Shown piece by piece: positions 58,699 to 64,000 of a stretch of 64,000 nucleotides of DNA. Positions within the stretch are counted from its first letter, which is position 1, and every line of letters begins with the position of its first letter. The stretch comes from a virus. The stretch covers positions 1-64,000 of IMG/VR virus record IMGVR_UViG_3300032607_000303. One strand, written 5' to 3'. The notes beneath the pieces were generated by a model. It made no database searches. It was not told the origin of the DNA and saw only the letters and a list, made by a program, of their open reading frames with translations. Position numbers and translations under genes: made by a program.

Positions 58699-59001
58699 AC
58701 CATCTCCCTTTAACTTGTTTCTAGTATGACAGTATAATTCTGTGTGTCAACAATTAATTTTAAATACTTCCAGTCTATATGAAAGAAGCCTAACAACACT
58801 CTCAAGGCTTTGTAGGCTCATGGAATATTGTTAGGCTTCTTAGTGTCTATTGTTCAAGACCTGCGTAGTGTAGCACATTTGATGTGGTTGTCAAGGGCTT
58901 GCATAATCTGGAAGTATGTGTTACAGTGTCAAACAAGTTACCTAGTAGGGAACCCTTCTATAGACGATTAAGTTTCTCATTTTAGCCAAAAGTGGCATTT
59001 T

Positions 59002-59018
59002 GGGACAAACTTTGTCCC
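59002..59018. promoter_or_regulatory. 17-bp palindrome, operator-like, copy 1
   Basis: GGGACAAA-C-TTTGTCCC. Confidence 0.65.
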
Positions 59019-59034
59019 ATTCACAGGAGATAGT

Positions 59035-59154
59035 ATGGTTTTAGAGTATGAAGACGTAGTAGTATCTAAGTGGTTAGAGTCTCTTGACAAGGAAATTCTA
59101 CAAGGTTGGGAGGACTACTATATAGATGACAACGCTGAGTGGTATTACGATTAG
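59035..59154 (+). CDS. 39-aa acidic/aromatic peptide
   Basis: AGGAG RBS; MVLEYEDVVVSKWLESLDKEILQGWEDYYIDDNAEWYYD. Confidence 0.5.
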   Translation: MVLEYEDVVVSKWLESLDKEILQGWEDYYIDDNAEWYYD

Positions 59155-59218
59155 TCACTTAGGAGTAGACCCGTTTATAGAGGATTGAGTTTTTAAATAT
59201 TGCCAGTATGCCCTAAAC

Positions 59219-59235
59219 GGGACAAACTTTGTCCC
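59219..59235. promoter_or_regulatory. 17-bp palindrome, operator-like, copy 2
   Basis: Identical to 59002-59018. Confidence 0.65.
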
Positions 59236-59250
59236 AAACACAAGGAATAC

Positions 59251-60312
59251 ATGATTACAATAACACAAATCATCAAACAAATGGAAGACTCTGAAGTAGA
59301 CATATCAGACCTTACACCTATGCAGCTACAATCTTATAGGAACCAACTCAAGCGTTTAGAAGGTATGTGCGGAGCTAAGATGGCTGAGACTTCTACGAAA
59401 GATCACTCTTACAATGATGAAGATGTATGTAAGTACATTGATACTATCTTGGATAGAGGTTTTAACCTTGAGACAACAGCACTAGGCGACTTCCCCAACT
59501 TCATAGATGCACAGAGGCTCCGTAGATGGACAACAATGATTGCCGAAAGAGTTGCAGCCTCTGAGTTTAGTGCAAAGAAGTTCAGGGTTCACAGCCTCCG
59601 ATTGTTGCGAAGTAATATAGCAGCATCCAAGAATCTGCACGACTTACGGCAGGCTGTAAACTTGATGATTAGCCCTCTGGAGTTATGGAGAGATCACCTT
59701 ACTACCTGTGACAAGTATAGTGAGAAGAACCAGAAGGCTGAGACAACAGAGCAAACTAAGTATGTAGATGCAATACTGAAACGACTTGAGAAATCCGAGA
59801 GTTTGTGCAAAGAAAGTAAGCGGGTACTAGACGAGATTATGGGGTACTACGATGAGGGTATGGGCGACATATCCCTTCTGCGCAATTGTGAGAACGCTAA
59901 GAAATCACAAGGGTTGAGTGATGAACAGGCAGCTAGTTTATTTGGCATCAATCGTAAAGCACTCCAACGACTACGTAAAAACATCGTGCTGGCACCTGTC
60001 GAGGATGTCTCTTACAAAGAACCTAGCAAGGCATATTGGGATGACATGGCAGCAGTGCAGAAAAAGACTAAGGAGGCTTTCTACAAGAAGAAAGGGATGG
60101 CTACTACATTTGCAGTAGGTCAAGTTTGGTTGTTGCAAGGACACAACGTAGGGACACTTATGGAAGTAAATGAGTTGGATAACCCTTCGACAGTTGTGTA
60201 CAAGGATTCCTTCGGAGTGCTCGTAAAGTGTAACGAAACTGGTGAAAGTTTGGACGGTATTTCTCCTTCATTGTTGGCTATCTTTCCAAAGAACCTTAAC
60301 ACAAAGTACTGA
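59251..60312 (+). CDS. Hypothetical protein with internal HTH
   Basis: AAGGA RBS before MITIT; SDEQAASLFGINRKALQRLR. Confidence 0.6.
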   Translation: MITITQIIKQMEDSEVDISDLTPMQLQSYRNQLKRLEGMCGAKMAETSTKDHSYNDEDVCKYIDTILDRGFNLETTALGDFPNFIDAQRLRRWTTMIAERVAASEFSAKKFRVHSLRLLRSNIAASKNLHDLRQAVNLMISPLELWRDHLTTCDKYSEKNQKAETTEQTKYVDAILKRLEKSESLCKESKRVLDEIMGYYDEGMGDISLLRNCENAKKSQGLSDEQAASLFGINRKALQRLRKNIVLAPVEDVSYKEPSKAYWDDMAAVQKKTKEAFYKKKGMATTFAVGQVWLLQGHNVGTLMEVNELDNPSTVVYKDSFGVLVKCNETGESLDGISPSLLAIFPKNLNTKY

Positions 60313-60338
60313 AATAATCAGATGTATTTTGCTAACGC

Positions 60339-60367
60339 TTGACAAAAGTGTTAGTTCAGTGTATTAT
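60339..60367 (+). promoter_or_regulatory. sigma70-like promoter
   Basis: TTGACA-17-TATTAT. Confidence 0.75.
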
Positions 60368-60399
60368 GCTCTCAATTAAAGAACAGGTAGGAGAACACT

Positions 60400-60726
60400 T
60401 TGGGGGCGCAGCTACTAATTCCAACAGAAATAAGTTTTAATCGTAGACAAGCACATCCGTTACAAAAGACTAGCAAGGCTCTCAGTAAGGAAGTTGAAGC
60501 CATCATTGAGAAGTTACTGAAGCTTTGTAACAGCCAAGATGAAAAGACATCTGAGCGTGCATGTAGTAAGTTGCTAGACTATCACATTGAGATGATTTCA
60601 GCAATTGAGAAAGACGAGATCACAAGAAAGCTACTCAGCATCAAGCATGGTAATGGTAGCAGAGATTTGGAAGAGTCTGACAGTATGCCTATGATTGATT
60701 TCAATAGCATACAGAATATCGAGTAA
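60400..60726 (+). CDS. Putative terminase small subunit
   Basis: AGGAG RBS with TTG start; small helical protein upstream of the tRNAs and terL. Confidence 0.45.
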   Translation: MGAQLLIPTEISFNRRQAHPLQKTSKALSKEVEAIIEKLLKLCNSQDEKTSERACSKLLDYHIEMISAIEKDEITRKLLSIKHGNGSRDLEESDSMPMIDFNSIQNIE

Positions 60727-60839
60727 GAATGTTGTAGTAAAGTCTCCGAAGGTCGCTACCTGAAGGTTGATAATCGTACCTTACAAATGCGGTGAGGGAA
60801 ATGTACATATGAGGGTAAAAGTCCTAGCATATTAACAAA

Positions 60840-60916
60840 GCGCCCTTGGTGAAATTGGTAAACACAGCGGTCTTAGAAGCCGTAAGCTGAAAGTTCGAGT
60901 CTTTCAGGGCGCACCA
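60840..60916 (+). tRNA. tRNA-Leu(TAG), short variable loop
   Basis: GCGCCCT/AGGGCGC-ACCA; anticodon loop CTTAGAA; TTCGAGT T-loop; 77 nt. Confidence 0.88.
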
Positions 60917-60942
60917 AACAAGCTGGATAGACAGCTAACACC

Positions 60943-61017
60943 GCCTTTATAGTTCAGTGATAGAATACGCCCTTTGTACGGGTGAGACGACAGTTTGATT
61001 CTAGTCTAGAGGCACCA
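60943..61017 (+). tRNA. tRNA-Thr(TGT), atypical or degenerate
   Basis: GCCTTTA/TAGAGGC-ACCA; loop TTTGTAC; no GG in the D-loop, bulged T-stem. Confidence 0.65.
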
Positions 61018-61100
61018 CCAATGTAAGCGAATCGGGTTGCAACCCTTGGGACACTGTGTTGTCTCTAGCTTACACCTATATTAATCCGCACAGGGATAAA

Positions 61101-61856
61101 ATGAAAATAGCAACAAAAGAAAGCGTAATCGCATCTATACTTAGGTTTGTAACAGAAAATAGTAGGTACCCAACTAAGACAGATTGTAGGGATACTGACT
61201 GGTTATACAGTGCGCAAACAAATCGGCGTGTAGTAGGTTCTGTGCAAGAGATGAATATACTCTCTGATTTTCTTCTTAGCAACCCACTACCAGATAACCC
61301 TAAAAGATTTTGCAAGCAATGTGGCAAGGAAATAGACAATAAAGCAAGGGTATTTTGTAGTAGGTCGTGCTCTGCGAAGTTCAATAATAATACAGAGAAA
61401 AAGATAAAGTCAACTCAGAAGATTGAAGTAATTGATAAAGTCCGTGTTGTAAAAGAAGTTGTTGACCTCGGAAACTGCGTACATTGCAGTAATAAATTGA
61501 CAGCTAGGAATACGGTATTTTGTTCTACTGCTTGTGCGTCAGATCACAGATTAGCACATAGTATTCAAAATTGGTTAAGCAGTGGTAAAGTCCATAATGG
61601 AAACCAAGCTATCCGCAGCTATTTAAAACTCTTAGTGGGGGATAGCTGCTCTGTTTGTGGTATCTTAGAACATAACGGTAAACCTATAACCTTTGAAGTT
61701 GACCACATCAGTGGCGACAGTACGGACGATAGATATGAAAATGTCTGTCTTATTTGTCCAAATTGCCACTCTCAAACAGACACCTACAAAGGTAGAAACA
61801 GAGGTAACGGAAGGCACTCAAGGGCGCAGCGTTATCGTGAAGGAAAGAGTTATTAA
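61101..61856 (+). CDS. HNH endonuclease with Zn-finger repeats
   Basis: Two CxxC/FCS..C repeats; EVDHISGD...N..LICPNCHSQT. Confidence 0.88.
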   Translation: MKIATKESVIASILRFVTENSRYPTKTDCRDTDWLYSAQTNRRVVGSVQEMNILSDFLLSNPLPDNPKRFCKQCGKEIDNKARVFCSRSCSAKFNNNTEKKIKSTQKIEVIDKVRVVKEVVDLGNCVHCSNKLTARNTVFCSTACASDHRLAHSIQNWLSSGKVHNGNQAIRSYLKLLVGDSCSVCGILEHNGKPITFEVDHISGDSTDDRYENVCLICPNCHSQTDTYKGRNRGNGRHSRAQRYREGKSY

Positions 61857-61860
61857 ATAG

Positions 61861-62155
61861 AAGTAAAGACCTCTCCCGACTCATTTCCACATGAATATCG
61901 GTGAAGTCTCTTTAGAGCCTTTACAGAACCTGCTCCCTAGTGTGAGTCAGCCTCTCCTCTGCGTCTAAGTTGTAGCAGGTTCTGTAAGTGTTTTAAAGAA
62001 TTTACATAACTTTGTATGGACTACACGTAAGTGTGTATGTCTGCAACGAAGGCTATGTATCTCTATTGTATGAATGTTATACAGTAGCCAAGAGGTGAGG
62101 CTCACGACATGGTGAGTAAGTTATCCAGCATGGAAGTGTGGCGTGGATACAGCTT
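61861..62155 (+). ncRNA. Candidate structured RNA between the HNH gene and tRNA-Ser
   Basis: 14-bp perfect stem 61921-61934/61974-61987; loop complementary to 62091-62102; further small hairpins. Confidence 0.45.
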
Positions 62156-62246
62156 GGAAAATTGGCTGAGTGGCTGAAGGCGTCGGTCTTGAAAACCGAA
62201 GAACGTTCATAGCGTTTCGTGAGTTCGACTCTCACATTTTCCTCCA
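62156..62246 (+). tRNA. tRNA-Ser(TGA)
   Basis: GGAAAAT/ATTTTCC-TCCA, loop CTTGAAA, long variable arm. Confidence 0.92.
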
Positions 62247-62312
62247 AGATTATTTTGTAATAGGCTCGACCATCCGAGAGGATGTGTCGGGCTGTAGTTT
62301 CTTTAGTAAGTA

Positions 62313-62396
62313 TTCTTAATAGAGTGCATTGGTTGTGTCCCTCCAAGGCTTCCTGTGCATTCTGTTAAGAAGATTTATTAACTTCCCTTGGAGGGA
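62313..62396 (+). promoter_or_regulatory. RBS-sequestering pseudoknot candidate
   Basis: 17-bp stem with 3 G.U pairs; loop TCCCTCCAAGG is the exact complement of CCTTGGAGGGA at the SD. Confidence 0.65.
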
Positions 62397-62401
62397 ATTG
62401 T

Positions 62402-63100
62402 ATGACAGAAGTAAAGGTAGGAATGAAATTCACCAAGTTAACCGTAGTTGCTCCAGCAGGTAAGAGTAAATGGTTATGTTCATGTGACTGCGGAAACGAG
62501 AAAGTACTCTGTTCATCAATGCTGACATCTAACCATAATAAAAGTTGTGGTTGCTCTGTAGATAGACATGGTATGCGTTACCATCGCGCTTACAAGAGTT
62601 GGCTCCACATGAAACAGCGTTGCACTAATCCAGAAAACCTAGATTACCCTAATTACGGTGGTCGTGGTATTACAGTACATGAAGATTTTGCTAAATCGTT
62701 TCCAGTATGGCTTGCAGCAATTGGTGAGCGACCAGAAGGCCGTTACAGCATCGGACGTATTGACAATAATCTTGGTTATACTTACGGAAATATTCGATGG
62801 GAAGATGATGAACAACAATCTCGTAACCATTGCAAATCCGTAACAAATAAGACTGGGATTGTTGGAGTTGTCTATCGAGAGCGAAACATAAATGGAGGAA
62901 TTTACTGCATTTGGGTAGCTCAATGGGCCAACGAAACTAATAAAAAGAAATCAAAAGACTTTAGTTGTAATAAGTATGGTTACGATGTAGCCAAGCAACT
63001 TGCTATTGATTATCGAAATAAAATGATGGTAGAGCTAAACATCCGAGGATTTGATTACGCAGAATCTCACGGTAGTGTAAAGGAGATTTTGAATGGCTAA
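62402..63100 (+). CDS. HNH-like homing endonuclease with AP2-like domain
   Basis: WLCSCDCG, MKQRC.N...YGGRGI, RIDNN.GY..GN.RW and NKTGIVGV. Confidence 0.88.
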   Translation: MTEVKVGMKFTKLTVVAPAGKSKWLCSCDCGNEKVLCSSMLTSNHNKSCGCSVDRHGMRYHRAYKSWLHMKQRCTNPENLDYPNYGGRGITVHEDFAKSFPVWLAAIGERPEGRYSIGRIDNNLGYTYGNIRWEDDEQQSRNHCKSVTNKTGIVGVVYRERNINGGIYCIWVAQWANETNKKKSKDFSCNKYGYDVAKQLAIDYRNKMMVELNIRGFDYAESHGSVKEILNG

Positions 63101-64000
63101 AGATATACGCTTGTCCTTTGGGCCAGCAAGTTTAAAACAGCAAATGGTCTTACAAGATATGGAGACTGATTTGCTGGTCGTTGGCGGAGGCAATGGCGGG
63201 GGCAAGAGCCACATGGCGTTAGTAAAGGCTCTGAAGTATGTACAAGACCCTAATGCTGTTGTGCTGATCGTTCGCCTCAGTTACCCGCTTCTCAAAAGTG
63301 CGGGTGGCTTAGTAAGTGAATCAAAGCATATTTACAGCCACTTCAAAGCCACTTGGAAAGAACAGAAACTTGAGTGGCATTTCCCTAACGGTGCCCTCAT
63401 TAAATTTTATGCAATGCCACAGGATTTGACACAACTTCAAGGCCAACAATACAGTAACATCATTGTGGATGAGGCAGCAGAGTTTACCCTTGCAGATATT
63501 CTTGCCCTACGTGCCCGCCTTCGGGCGGTTCGCTATAAGGGTAAGTTGAACATGATGGCGACCTGTAATCCGTCTAGGAGTAGCTGGTTATTTGACTTTG
63601 TTTCCTATTCACTTGATGAAGACGGTGTTCCACTAGCAGGTACAGAGGATATAACTAGGTGGTTTGTTATTTTGGCAGGAAAAATATTCTGGGGTAATTC
63701 TAGGGAAGATTTGTTTGAGCGTCATGGACAAGGGTATGTTCTTGGTGGTGACTTTAGGCCACTAAGTTTTCGTTTTATTCCTATGGATATCTACTCTAAC
63801 CCAATCCTTCTAAAGAATAATCCTGCCTACCTTGCAGACCTTCTAGCGCAGAGCCGAGTAAATCAGTTACGCTTTCTAAAAGGTAGCTGGACGGCAGTGA
63901 CTGAAGGTAATTCGTATATTCGTAGGGAGTGGTTCAATTTTGTATCTTTCCCACCCTCAGAGGTAACAAACAGAGGTCGTGGATGGGATACTGCTGCGTC
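63093..64000 (+). CDS. terL: Terminase large subunit (5' part; runs off the window)
   Basis: AAGGAG RBS; GGGNGGGKS Walker A, IVDEAAEF Walker B and ATCNP. Confidence 0.9.
   Translation, partial: MAKDIRLSFGPASLKQQMVLQDMETDLLVVGGGNGGGKSHMALVKALKYVQDPNAVVLIVRLSYPLLKSAGGLVSESKHIYSHFKATWKEQKLEWHFPNGALIKFYAMPQDLTQLQGQQYSNIIVDEAAEFTLADILALRARLRAVRYKGKLNMMATCNPSRSSWLFDFVSYSLDEDGVPLAGTEDITRWFVILAGKIFWGNSREDLFERHGQGYVLGGDFRPLSFRFIPMDIYSNPILLKNNPAYLADLLAQSRVNQLRFLKGSWTAVTEGNSYIRREWFNFVSFPPSEVTNRGRGWDTAA

Noticed and set aside
62120-62150. CsrA/RsmA sponge RNA
   Set aside because: Only one good CANGGANG hairpin; sponges carry many
62076-62153. Additional tRNA (TAGCCAAGAGGTGAGGC resembles a D-arm)
   Set aside because: No matching acceptor stem, T-loop or CCA; treated as part of the structured-RNA candidate
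603-62923. Many short antisense or off-frame ORFs in the track (e.g. 11248..11739, 40519..40947, 54323..54667)
   Set aside because: They are shadows of well-supported genes, without RBS or motifs
1-64000. Alternative genetic code
   Set aside because: TAA, TAG and TGA all end well-formed conserved genes; there is no suppressor tRNA (the Leu anticodon TAG reads CTA and the Ser anticodon TGA reads TCA)

Overview
This window is about 64 kb of a tailed dsDNA bacteriophage genome, apparently lytic: no integrase or CI repressor is visible. The host is probably a proteobacterium, inferred from sigma70-type promoters, an E. coli-like class Ia RNR and a GH24 lysozyme. Layout: (1) 1-12.0 kb (+): tail, fibre and lysis genes. 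(2) 12.1-39.8 kb (-): nucleotide metabolism and replication. This block holds nrdB; nrdA split by a group I intron with a Vsr/EDxHD-like endonuclease and also carrying a 138-aa mini-intein; MazG-like protein, phosphoesterase, exonuclease, SSB, family B DNA polymerase, primase-helicase, ThyX-like protein, SleB-like hydrolase, ATP-dependent ligase, three HNH-AP2 genes and a tRNA(CAT). (3) 39.9-49.1 kb (+): early genes, two antirepressor-like genes, a candidate iteron origin with an HTH initiator, and a truncated/fused UvrD helicase. (4) 49.1-53.9 kb: a cassette of small, mostly acidic proteins bounded by repeat-rich non-coding DNA, a candidate terminal repeat or first-injected region. (5) 54-58.7 kb: serine recombinase, DNA methyltransferase, ClpP-like protease and PhoH. 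(6) 59-64 kb (+): putative terminase small subunit, a tRNA cluster with HNH genes and structured RNAs, and the start of the terminase large subunit. The most unusual signal is a pair of long hairpins in the tRNA cluster whose loops are complementary to downstream Shine-Dalgarno sequences. All calls come from reading motifs by eye; no database searches or folding computations were run.
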